A DNA stretch of 58,063 bases from Fidelibacterota bacterium (lineage in GTDB: Bacteria > Fidelibacterota > Marinisomatia > Marinisomatales > UBA2128). Below, in pieces: positions 10,589-18,909 of this stretch (the first letter of the stretch is position 1; the number at the start of each line of letters is the position of its first letter). The notes beneath the pieces are model-generated. The model did no database searches, was not told the DNA's origin, and saw only the letters and a list, made by a program, of their open reading frames with translations. The stretch is taken from positions 1-58,063 of the forward strand of contig JBHHUM010000004.1 of NCBI GenBank assembly GCA_046861645.1. Reading direction: 5' to 3'. The translations under genes and the position numbers were made by a program.

Positions 10589-11719
10589 GTGGAATTGAAA
10601 ACGACTTACAAAGTTAGCCTATTGTTGTTAGGGCTGTTACTTCTGCAACAGCCTATCTCCGCAAAGACCAAGAAGTACACCGTTAAAGGCACCGTCGAAG
10701 ATGTGGACGGTGAAGCCATCAAGGGTGTTGAAGTTGTACTTCTGGATTCTGAAGGAGAAGAAGTAAAATCCGATAAGACCAGCAAGAAGGGTGCTTTCAA
10801 ATTAAAGAAGATTAAAGAAGGCAGCTATACCCTGGTTGCGGATGATGAAGACTTTGGCTCTTCATCTAAACAAATAGAGTTGAAGGATGATATAGAGGTC
10901 ATTCTGGTACTCTCCAAGACGACAGCTGAAGAAGCAGTTGAAGAAGCTGAGACAGCTGCAGAAGCAGGGGAAACTACAGAAAGAATGCCTCAGGAGGAGT
11001 ATGTTTCAACTGAATTGAGCTTTGAGGTTAAAAAGCTGCAAGCTGAGCTGGACCATGTCGGCTCACAGCTCAGGGACCTGCAAGCTAAGAGTGAAATGTG
11101 GGTCAATCCCCTTTCTATCTATAGTAAAGAGATCATCCTGAGTAATGGAAGTACGGTGTTCGGCAAGGTGGTTTACCAGGATGAAGAAATCCTCAAGGTT
11201 GAGACATTATTGGGATATCTGGTGATAAACCGGGAAGAGGTTGTGCGCATTATTGAAAATGTGGCGGGGCAGGAGGAACCAGAATATATCCCAGAGCAGA
11301 TTCGCGAGACTTACAGTCCTCCCCCCATGCCCAAATTAGCAGAGCCGCGGTATGTTGCCTCTGAACCTACCGAACGGATGTCGGATAAGCAGCGGTCTGC
11401 TAACGTGGTTCTCGTTGGTAACATTTCTGAGCTTAAGGATCGTTCCGGCAATATTACCTTCTCTGGCCAGGTAAAAAATATTGGTGGGCGGAGAGCTGAT
11501 TTTGTTAAACTCAATTTCGTTTTCCGTAAGAACTGGAGCGGTGAGACACAAACCCTGACCACATTTGTTTCGGGAACCTACCATACGTTTGATTCTGGAA
11601 TTGTGACGGACTCTTCTCTTCTTCCCGGTGCGTCGGGAAACTTTGAGTTAGTTGTACCATCGAGTTTTGGACCGTTTATTGGCTATTCTTACACGATTGA
11701 TTGGGAAGAATACGAGTGA
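10589..11719 (+). CDS. Secreted multidomain protein: carboxypeptidase-regulatory-like Ig domain, coiled coil, Sm/SH3-like domain, FxLYD-like C-terminal domain
   Basis: Signal peptide; VKGTVED.DGE.IKGVEVVL...G.F.LK.I.EG.YTL; heptad FEVKKLQAELDHVGSQLRDLQ; IILSNGSTVFGKVVYQDEEILKVETLLGYLVINREEVVRI; FSGQVKNIG...LLPGASGNFE. Confidence 0.75.
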   Translation: MELKTTYKVSLLLLGLLLLQQPISAKTKKYTVKGTVEDVDGEAIKGVEVVLLDSEGEEVKSDKTSKKGAFKLKKIKEGSYTLVADDEDFGSSSKQIELKDDIEVILVLSKTTAEEAVEEAETAAEAGETTERMPQEEYVSTELSFEVKKLQAELDHVGSQLRDLQAKSEMWVNPLSIYSKEIILSNGSTVFGKVVYQDEEILKVETLLGYLVINREEVVRIIENVAGQEEPEYIPEQIRETYSPPPMPKLAEPRYVASEPTERMSDKQRSANVVLVGNISELKDRSGNITFSGQVKNIGGRRADFVKLNFVFRKNWSGETQTLTTFVSGTYHTFDSGIVTDSSLLPGASGNFELVVPSSFGPFIGYSYTIDWEEYE

Positions 11720-12666
11720 TTTTTTCTGCACGGCAAGCACGGTTCAAGCGATTGGTGCTTTTTGGGATATGCATTGGAGCAGTGCCCTGGCATATATTTT
11801 CGCAAACTACTCCAACAAGTGGTGGCGATGATTTCTTTTTGGATTTGGGTATAGTTATTGAACCGTCAACCGGTAATGAAAAAATTAATCGGTTTATCCA
11901 AGCCCCGCCTGAAAAGGTAAAATTATTCATCGACAAGGCTCCCAGTGGCTCCGTCTATATGGCCTCTACGAAGGAGCTCCAGGAGACCCTGATTCGAATC
12001 AATCGGAAGATTGAAAGCTTACAGCTTGCTTTTCAGCGACAAACGAATTACCTCAAAGAAGAGAACAACGAACTGCGTCTCATGATTACAGACCTTATGG
12101 AGCAGGTAAACACTCCTGCTGAGGTTTCTACCCCTACCGTTAGCCCGGGAGAAAAGCACTCCAACAGCGAGGAAATAACAACGACATCCCCCATAATGGA
12201 GTTAGCAAAAGGATCCTCTGTGAAAGCTCCTAATTCAAAAGAAATAGACGAAGAACAGATATCCTTGGTCGTCAAGGATGATAAGCCAGCAGTGTTCAAC
12301 CGCATGCTCTACATGAATGCCGTGTTTGCTTATCAGCGGGAAGATTATCAGACGGCAATTCGACAGTTTAAAGACTTGGCGGTAAATGTTGCGGATGATA
12401 TTACAGCGGGTAACGTGATCTATTGGATGGCAGACTGTCATTTTCAGCTCGGTCAACCCACCGAAGCCCTTTCGGTGCTCTCCCAACTGGATGCATTTAA
12501 GGGCTCTGATAAACTGGATGATGCTAAGATTCTGGAAGGTCTCTCCTTACGACAGTTGGGACGGTATGAACAAGCTACTGCAGCCTTTGCCAAGGTCGTA
12601 GAGCAGTATCCTGAAAGTGAATACTATCGTTTGGCGCAAATGGAATTCAACCGGTCTAAGAGATAG
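11716..12666 (+). CDS. Secreted coiled-coil + TPR protein (CpoB/YbgF-like C-terminus)
   Basis: GTG overlaps the upstream TGA; N-terminal hydrophobic signal; coiled coil LQETLIRINRKIESLQ; YWMADCHFQLG, KLDDA, F.KVVEQYPESEY. Confidence 0.8.
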   Translation: MIFSARQARFKRLVLFGICIGAVPWHIFSQTTPTSGGDDFFLDLGIVIEPSTGNEKINRFIQAPPEKVKLFIDKAPSGSVYMASTKELQETLIRINRKIESLQLAFQRQTNYLKEENNELRLMITDLMEQVNTPAEVSTPTVSPGEKHSNSEEITTTSPIMELAKGSSVKAPNSKEIDEEQISLVVKDDKPAVFNRMLYMNAVFAYQREDYQTAIRQFKDLAVNVADDITAGNVIYWMADCHFQLGQPTEALSVLSQLDAFKGSDKLDDAKILEGLSLRQLGRYEQATAAFAKVVEQYPESEYYRLAQMEFNRSKR

Positions 12667-12667
12667 T

Positions 12668-14029
12668 ATGAAGAAGACCTACCTTAGTATAACCGTTTTG
12701 TTGGGGTTGTTGCTGGTTGTTTCGTTGAGCGCTGTGACGCGCATATCCTATACACATCCTGGGCAGATGATAAAAATCCCCACGACCAGTACTGACCGCT
12801 CTCCCTATCTTTTCAGTGCAGGATTTGGGACGGAAATTCACAGTTTCTCTCCATTTAATACGGCCCGAGGGGTGTATTTTTACATGGATTTGTCCAAGAA
12901 TTTTACATTGGGTTTTTCTTCCGGTCAGGGGGCTGATACTACCGCCCTTCTGGCAGAATCGCAATATGTACCCCCGGTGGAATTCGGGTTCCATGTTCAG
13001 CAGCGGCTTTATACGCGTGGGGATATATCTTTCTCCATAGGTATTCATGATATTGTATTTGAAAATGCAGATACAGGTGTTAGCCTGGACCCGAAGCAGC
13101 TCTCTTTCTTCGGTGTCTTAGGTAGCCAGAAGCCATTAGGGGATTACAGTCTCAGAACATACATGGGGTTTGGCACCGGTGGGTTTGCGCAACAGACAGC
13201 TACTTTAGATACTACAACAACAACCGATACAACCGGTACAGAAGCAGGAACAAATGCAGGAGTTTTTGCAGGTTTTATTTTGAACACACCGTTTATGCCC
13301 AAGTGGGGTGGTTTAGATTTTGTGGGTGAATTCGATGGTACAGGCATCAATGTGGGACTCCGCATCCCCCTTACCTCGGATTATCGCCTGAGCCTAGGGT
13401 TCACCCACATACAGAATTTGCCTAATTGGACAGAGCCTTACGATGTAACTCACCCTGGCTTCACAATGGGACTTGATATGTCCGTTCCCAGGGGAGTTGG
13501 AAAGGAAGTGCCATCTTTGCCTTCAGGTGAAGCCGGTCCTTATCCTGTACCTGAGGAAGGGATGTATGATTCAGTTATGGTAGCTGCGGATGCTGCTGTC
13601 TCCAACCTGCGTGACTCCTTGCGTGTCAGCGAGCATGAATTGCGTAACCTGGCGACACAGATTGCTCAACTTAAACAGAAAAACATTGCCCTGGAAGATT
13701 CTGTGAAAACAATGATGTTGGTGAGGAATAAATCCCAGAAGAACATCAACCGGGCTATGCGCCATCTTTCAAGATCTTTGAGATATTTTTATTCAGGTGA
13801 TTATCGTGAAGCCCTTCAGGAGGTGGAAACTGCCCTGGAGCTGAATCCTAACTTGGCATTGGCCTACGCTAGACGTGGTTCTATTTATTACAAGTTAGGT
13901 GACACACAGCGAGCCACGATTAACTGGAATCTCGCCTTGCAAATGGATCCAGAATATGATGATGTGAGGAACATTTTAAAAGCGCTGCACGAAAATCGAT
14001 TGAAGACAACCAGTTTTAGTCGTGAGTAA
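12668..14029 (+). CDS. Secreted beta-strand-rich (possible outer-membrane barrel) + coiled coil + TPR protein
   Basis: Signal MKKTYLSITVLLGLLLVVSLSA; alternating Gly/aromatic strands (GLDFVGEFDGTGINVGLRIPL, YRLSLGF); coiled coil; TPRs ALELNPNLALAYARRGSIYYKLG...ALQMDPEY. Confidence 0.8.
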   Translation: MKKTYLSITVLLGLLLVVSLSAVTRISYTHPGQMIKIPTTSTDRSPYLFSAGFGTEIHSFSPFNTARGVYFYMDLSKNFTLGFSSGQGADTTALLAESQYVPPVEFGFHVQQRLYTRGDISFSIGIHDIVFENADTGVSLDPKQLSFFGVLGSQKPLGDYSLRTYMGFGTGGFAQQTATLDTTTTTDTTGTEAGTNAGVFAGFILNTPFMPKWGGLDFVGEFDGTGINVGLRIPLTSDYRLSLGFTHIQNLPNWTEPYDVTHPGFTMGLDMSVPRGVGKEVPSLPSGEAGPYPVPEEGMYDSVMVAADAAVSNLRDSLRVSEHELRNLATQIAQLKQKNIALEDSVKTMMLVRNKSQKNINRAMRHLSRSLRYFYSGDYREALQEVETALELNPNLALAYARRGSIYYKLGDTQRATINWNLALQMDPEYDDVRNILKALHENRLKTTSFSRE

Positions 14030-14043
14030 GTAGGGGACATTAA

Positions 14044-14835
14044 ATGGATATAGCAACATTAGTAGGAATTGTTTTAGGTCTGGCCTCTATATTCGGGGGA
14101 ATATTTATAGCGGCCTCGGATGCTGGAGCTGGAATGAGTGGATTTATTTCCACGTCCAGTTTCGCCATCGTTTTTGGAGGCATGGTGGCGTCAGTCTCTG
14201 TTGCTTTTCCTCTGGCAGAGGTGATGAAGCTGGGCGCCGCTATCGGAGCTGTTTTCAAAGGTAGCAAGGAAAAACTTGGTTTAATGGTAGACGATGCTGT
14301 GGAAATCGCTACTGTTGGCCGGAAAGGGGCTGCGGACCTGGAGAAATCCATTGAAGGGATAAAAAATCCCTTTTTCAGAGACGGTGTTCAAATGGTCGTG
14401 GATGGATACTCTGAGGAGGAGTTAATCGACATCCTGGAGACCAGAATTCAATATCGAGAAGTGAGAGAGCGTTCACAAGCCAGTCTTTTCCAAACCATGG
14501 GTACCATGGCTCCAGCCTGGGGAATGATTGGTACGCTAATTGGTTTGGTTATTATGCTGGCTGGCTTTGGTGGTGAAGGTGGTGGGGGCACTGAGGCTCT
14601 GGGGTCGGGTATGTCGGCCGCACTGATTACGACTTTTTATGGTGCCGTTTTTGCAAATCTGTTTTTCCTTCCTATGGCGGCAAAACTTAATTCCCGAGTC
14701 TCCTCAACCAGTACACAGCAAGCCATGTTTATCGAGGCAGCCAGACTTATTCATCAAAGAAAGCACCCCTTAATTGTGAGGGAAAAGCTCAACTCATATA
14801 TTCCTCCTAAGGAGTGGAGAAGAGAAGAAGGCTAA
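14044..14835 (+). CDS. motA: Flagellar-type stator A subunit (PomA/MotA)
   Basis: MDIATLVG, IVFGG, GRKG...LE, FFRDGVQMVVDG, APAWGMIGTLIGL, AALITTFYGA..ANL.FLP.A.KL. Confidence 0.93.
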   Translation: MDIATLVGIVLGLASIFGGIFIAASDAGAGMSGFISTSSFAIVFGGMVASVSVAFPLAEVMKLGAAIGAVFKGSKEKLGLMVDDAVEIATVGRKGAADLEKSIEGIKNPFFRDGVQMVVDGYSEEELIDILETRIQYREVRERSQASLFQTMGTMAPAWGMIGTLIGLVIMLAGFGGEGGGGTEALGSGMSAALITTFYGAVFANLFFLPMAAKLNSRVSSTSTQQAMFIEAARLIHQRKHPLIVREKLNSYIPPKEWRREEG

Positions 14836-14840
14836 TCTGA

Positions 14841-15587
14841 GTGGCGACACAGAAAGAAAAAAAGGCATATAAGAAGGGATTTAAAGACGGTGCAGAATCA
14901 GTAGAGGAAGGGCTCCCGGGTTGGTTTGGTACTTTTGCTGATATGATGACGTTGCTCTTCGCCTTTTTTGTGCTCCTGGCGGCTATTTCTACCATTGATC
15001 CGGTGAAACTGCAGGAGATGGCTGACTCCATGGGGAAAAAGGTTGGCAAGACGAAGAAAGAAGGTAAAGCCATGAATCTGGCGGATATAAAGAAAGCCGT
15101 GGATGAAATGGTAAAGAATATGCCCGAGGATGAGACAGGAAAGAAACCAGTGGAAGTTAGGACCAGCCCAAAGGGAGTGACCCTGGGAATATCCTCTGAT
15201 ATCAGTTTTGCTTCAGGGACAGCGGATCTGCAACCGGGTATTATTGATGTTCTTAAGAAACTGGTGCCAACGATTGACGATCCTAACAATGCTTTTCCAG
15301 TAGCGATAGAGGGGCACTCAGACAGTGATCCCCTACCGGAAAGATTTCAGGATAAATATCCATCTAACTGGGAACTATCGGCAGCCCGTGCTGCTGCTGT
15401 AGTGCGTGAGCTTATGAAATTGGGGGTGGATCCCACCCGCCTCCAGGCTGTCGGTTATGCTCAATATCAGCCTAGGGAAAAACCAACTGACTGGATTCCA
15501 ACAGAAAAGGATATACCAAAATTTAACAAAACACCGGAGGAAAAAGCACTTAACCGGCGTGTAGAGATAACCTTCTTAGCAAGATAA
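14841..15587 (+). CDS. motB: Flagellar-type stator B subunit (PomB/MotB) with OmpA-like peptidoglycan-binding domain
   Basis: WFGTFADMMTLLFAFFVLL with the conserved Asp; IEGHSD, YPSNWELSAARA, NRRVEI. Confidence 0.93.
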   Translation: MATQKEKKAYKKGFKDGAESVEEGLPGWFGTFADMMTLLFAFFVLLAAISTIDPVKLQEMADSMGKKVGKTKKEGKAMNLADIKKAVDEMVKNMPEDETGKKPVEVRTSPKGVTLGISSDISFASGTADLQPGIIDVLKKLVPTIDDPNNAFPVAIEGHSDSDPLPERFQDKYPSNWELSAARAAAVVRELMKLGVDPTRLQAVGYAQYQPREKPTDWIPTEKDIPKFNKTPEEKALNRRVEITFLAR

Positions 15588-15629
15588 GAACATCTATTTT
15601 TGACCGAGGTAAGGAAATGAGGAGAAATT

Positions 15630-17186
15630 ATGAGAAATAGGATACTATTGACCCTTACACTGTTATTGTGTTTGGGACTTTTCCTGAGCAGCGGAGTGGG
15701 TCAGGAATCAACGTATCTTTCCCAGAAACTGATGTTGGAGCAAGATTTGCGTTCGCGCATCGAAAGTGCACTCAGCAAGATTTTGGATGACCAGCGTTAC
15801 GTTCTGGACGTTACGGTAGACCTGAAATTCACTCCTACCATTAAAGAAGAGGTTACTTACCGGCCAAGTGAAGAGCGTCCTGTTGGGGTAGCAACAGAAG
15901 AAGAGTCTTCCAGGGAAAGGGAAAAAGTACCCTCAAGGGAGGAACCTACATCCCGATATACAGGTCTGCCCATACCGGGCTTTGAATTCAGGGACTACGA
16001 TGAAGGAAAGCCTGTAGTTGAAACTTCACCAGAAGAGACAACAACAGCTCCTGCTACACCTGCTGAAGAGGCGAAAATTCTGACGCAGTCTTACACAGAT
16101 ATAAAGTCGTCTGTTCCAGAGATTTCACAGATGGAGATCAGTTGTATTTTACCAGAAGGATCTGCCCCGGAACTTATAGAGAATGTGCGGCAGATTATCA
16201 TGGTTGCCTCCCGCTTCGATAGAAGCCGGGGTGATGTTCTTTCCATCATGACCGCTTCCTTTAAAGAGAGGAAGGACGAGAAAACCGCTGAGGCTGTAAT
16301 ACTCCGCACCATTGCTCATAAGATTGATTCCTTAGAGAATGCCCAGACTACAGAAGCGACTACAGAAGGTAGTATGTTGATGGAGGAGTGGCTTCGCTGG
16401 CAGGAGGAAGAGCGTTCCCGACGAGAAGAAGAGATGAACATATTGGCTTCTGAGCTGGCAGCCTTAAGAGATAAGCTTGAGGAAAAGGAAGCCGCTGCAG
16501 AAATCAGTGAAGAAGAGATACAGTTGGCTCGCATGGACGAATATGCCAAGCAAATTAGTATGTTGCAAACTCGCCTGGACAGTCTTCAGGTAATTGCCAG
16601 CCAGGAACAGGAGAATGCCGAAGAATTATCTCAGGTAGATTTAACACCACAGGAATTAGCAGCCGCTCCTGTTCAGGAGGAGGTGTCAGGAGGTATTGAT
16701 AACCTCCCGATTTATCTAATGAGTGCTATTTCTCTATTGGCTGTTATAGCTTTAGCAGCGGTTATTATTTTCAATGGGCGGTCAAAGCCAAAATATGTTA
16801 TGCCCCCACCGTGGATGATGCCTCCACCGAAGAAAAAAAAAGTGAAGAAGACCAAGAAGAGTAAGAAAGAAAGTGGGGATCAAGAAGAAGAGCAGGCATT
16901 GGCGACACCAGCACCACCACCAGCACCGTCACAGCCGCCGCAACCGGCCATGGAAACAGAGGAAGACACCGCAGTAATGCAATCAGAGATTAAGAGTGCT
17001 CGTCAATCGGTCGTGTCTATGAGCGTAGGACAACCTGATACGGCCACATCCATAGTCCGGGAATGGCTAGAGCAAGAGGCGCCCCCTCCGCCGGAACCAG
17101 CCCAAACCGCTGAGGCCGGACCTGCTGAACCGGAGGCAGCTGCCGAGGATGAGAAGGGCAAGAAGAAGAAAAAGAAGAAAAAGTAG
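15630..17186 (+). CDS. Atypical FliF-like MS-ring protein (RBM3 only, long coiled coil, one TM, FliG-binding tail)
   Basis: LEQDLRSRIESALSKIL...VLDVTVDLKF and EISQMEISCIL...IENVRQIIMVASRFDRSRGDVLSIMTASF match the two halves of FliF RBM3. TM LPIYLMSAISLLAVIALAAVIIF. Tail SARQSVVSMSVGQPDTATSIVREWL. Sits directly upstream of fliG. Confidence 0.75.
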   Translation: MRNRILLTLTLLLCLGLFLSSGVGQESTYLSQKLMLEQDLRSRIESALSKILDDQRYVLDVTVDLKFTPTIKEEVTYRPSEERPVGVATEEESSREREKVPSREEPTSRYTGLPIPGFEFRDYDEGKPVVETSPEETTTAPATPAEEAKILTQSYTDIKSSVPEISQMEISCILPEGSAPELIENVRQIIMVASRFDRSRGDVLSIMTASFKERKDEKTAEAVILRTIAHKIDSLENAQTTEATTEGSMLMEEWLRWQEEERSRREEEMNILASELAALRDKLEEKEAAAEISEEEIQLARMDEYAKQISMLQTRLDSLQVIASQEQENAEELSQVDLTPQELAAAPVQEEVSGGIDNLPIYLMSAISLLAVIALAAVIIFNGRSKPKYVMPPPWMMPPPKKKKVKKTKKSKKESGDQEEEQALATPAPPPAPSQPPQPAMETEEDTAVMQSEIKSARQSVVSMSVGQPDTATSIVREWLEQEAPPPPEPAQTAEAGPAEPEAAAEDEKGKKKKKKKK

Positions 17187-17203
17187 GCGAGGGGCTAAAG
17201 ATA

Positions 17204-18130
17204 ATGATTACAGACTACAATACATTATCAGGTTTGGATAAAATAGCTATTATTTTCACCATCCTTGGTGAGAGCTTGGCAATAAAACTTATTAAAGGAC
17301 TCCCGGAAACGGACATCAAGAAGATACGAACAAGGATTCGCGAAATGGGAGCTGTCTCTACGGCTGTAAGGAAGCAGGTGGTAGATGAATTTTACCTTTC
17401 CTTTCTATCCAAGAAATTCAGCGAAGAGGATGGCGATTCCCAACGCCCATTTCAGTTTCTGGAGGGGATGCCCGACGAGCGTCTTCTTGCTCTGCTGGAG
17501 GTGGAAGAACCACGCATTATTGCCTTAGCCCTGGCACAAGTAAGTGCTGATCAACGACGCTTTGTTCTGGATAGACTTCCCCGGGAAGTGACTGGTCGTG
17601 TGCTGATCGAGATGGGGGTACTGCATGAGATTCCGCTGGAAGGTGTTGTCAGTATTGCTGCACAGTTGGAGGAAAAATCTCACTTTCTCCCCAGAGGAGT
17701 GGATTTCTCCAGGGGTGGTGGCAAGGATATTGCTGAAGTCCTCAGCTCCATGAGTATGGAAGAGGAGGAAAAATATCTGGAAGCTATCGGGCGAGAGTCT
17801 CCGGAACTGTTAAAGGAAATCAAAAAATACCACCTCTCTTTCGAAGATATTTTTCAATTTCCTGATACTCTCCTTAGGGATCTTATGAATTCAGTGGAGT
17901 TGGATACTATCGCCATGGCTATGAAGGGTTTGGATCAAGCTACAGTGGATCGGGTGATTGAAAATCTTCCCCAGAAGAAGCAGGCTATGTATGAACCTGT
18001 GGAAGGAGCTGTGGCCAAGCGTGAAATCGATGCTGCCCGTAAGAATATAGTGACTGCTGCCAGACAAATGGAGGAGGATGGTCGTTTCAGTCTGGAGGAT
18101 ATCCTGGGTGGTGGAGAAATGGTGGAATAG
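17204..18130 (+). CDS. fliG: FliG-family rotor protein (shortened, divergent)
   Basis: LSGLDKIAII...LGE, VVDEFY, PFQFL, GGG linker, SFEDI, IAMAMKG, EIDAARKNIV..ARQMEEDG correspond to the FliG N, M and C domains. Confidence 0.88.
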   Translation: MITDYNTLSGLDKIAIIFTILGESLAIKLIKGLPETDIKKIRTRIREMGAVSTAVRKQVVDEFYLSFLSKKFSEEDGDSQRPFQFLEGMPDERLLALLEVEEPRIIALALAQVSADQRRFVLDRLPREVTGRVLIEMGVLHEIPLEGVVSIAAQLEEKSHFLPRGVDFSRGGGKDIAEVLSSMSMEEEEKYLEAIGRESPELLKEIKKYHLSFEDIFQFPDTLLRDLMNSVELDTIAMAMKGLDQATVDRVIENLPQKKQAMYEPVEGAVAKREIDAARKNIVTAARQMEEDGRFSLEDILGGGEMVE

Positions 18131-18137
18131 AATCCTC

Positions 18138-18908
18138 ATGTACGATTATTACGGAGAGCCTCTCCCGAAATACCTGTGCGGGAGAGGTTTTCTCTTATTA
18201 ATAGGGTTGGTATTACTAGGGCTGAATTCTGCTGATGGTTCTGATATGTGGACAAATTCCGTCTCTGGATCCTGGACATTGACCAGTGGAAATACCGAGC
18301 AGTCTGAGTATGCGGCGACGGGTTCCTTCTCACGTAAGGGTGATATTAAGATAGGCTCTACCCTGTTGCAGGATACAGAATTGCGGATAGTGCTTTCCCA
18401 TTCCAGAGGGGTACTTGAGGATAGTCTCTATCAACATGAAGGGGAAGCAACTTTCCTGTTCGATGTCATGGCGCATCAGACGTTTTCACCATTTTTTCTT
18501 TCCGGTTGGGAATATGATTCTACCGCAGGTTTAGACTCCCGGCTGGAGGCAGGGCTGGGTCTAAAGTGGGCCTTTGGTAGTGGATTTTCTATTAGCGGAG
18601 CGGTATTATTTGAGCTGGAAGATTATAAGGGAGAAGGTCGGGTTTCTCAAATAAGATGGTCTATTCGGCCCAAATACAAAAAAACATTTCCATCAGGAAT
18701 GTCCGTGGTTTATATGGTATTCTTTAAGCCGATTCAGGGAGATTTCAATAACTATCTGATTAAAAATGACGCTTTTATTGAGTTACCCACCGCTCTACCA
18801 TGGCTTTCTATAAAACTGACAGTTGAACATGATTATAATTCTCAACCTCCCAGTGATGTTAAAAAGTGGGATAATGAAATCAATATTGGTATAAAGATAA
18901 ATTTATAA
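18138..18908 (+). CDS. DUF481/YdiY-like outer-membrane beta-barrel
   Basis: Signal-like hydrophobic segment; W...VSGSW.LTSGNT, GLDSR.E.GLGL.W, YNSQPP..VKK.D....IGI terminal strand. Confidence 0.7.
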   Translation: MYDYYGEPLPKYLCGRGFLLLIGLVLLGLNSADGSDMWTNSVSGSWTLTSGNTEQSEYAATGSFSRKGDIKIGSTLLQDTELRIVLSHSRGVLEDSLYQHEGEATFLFDVMAHQTFSPFFLSGWEYDSTAGLDSRLEAGLGLKWAFGSGFSISGAVLFELEDYKGEGRVSQIRWSIRPKYKKTFPSGMSVVYMVFFKPIQGDFNNYLIKNDAFIELPTALPWLSIKLTVEHDYNSQPPSDVKKWDNEINIGIKINL

Positions 18909-18909
18909 G

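Noticed and set aside
14044-15587. Zorya (ZorAB) anti-phage system, or an ExbBD/TolQR pair
   Set aside because: The A subunit is 263 aa without ZorA's long tail, no zorC/D/E is present, B has an OmpA-like domain, and FliF/FliG homologues follow.
16833-16841. A9 run in the fliF-like gene as a phase-variation switch
   Set aside because: It is explained by a Lys-rich stretch after the TM helix; the frame is intact and there is no evidence of slippage.
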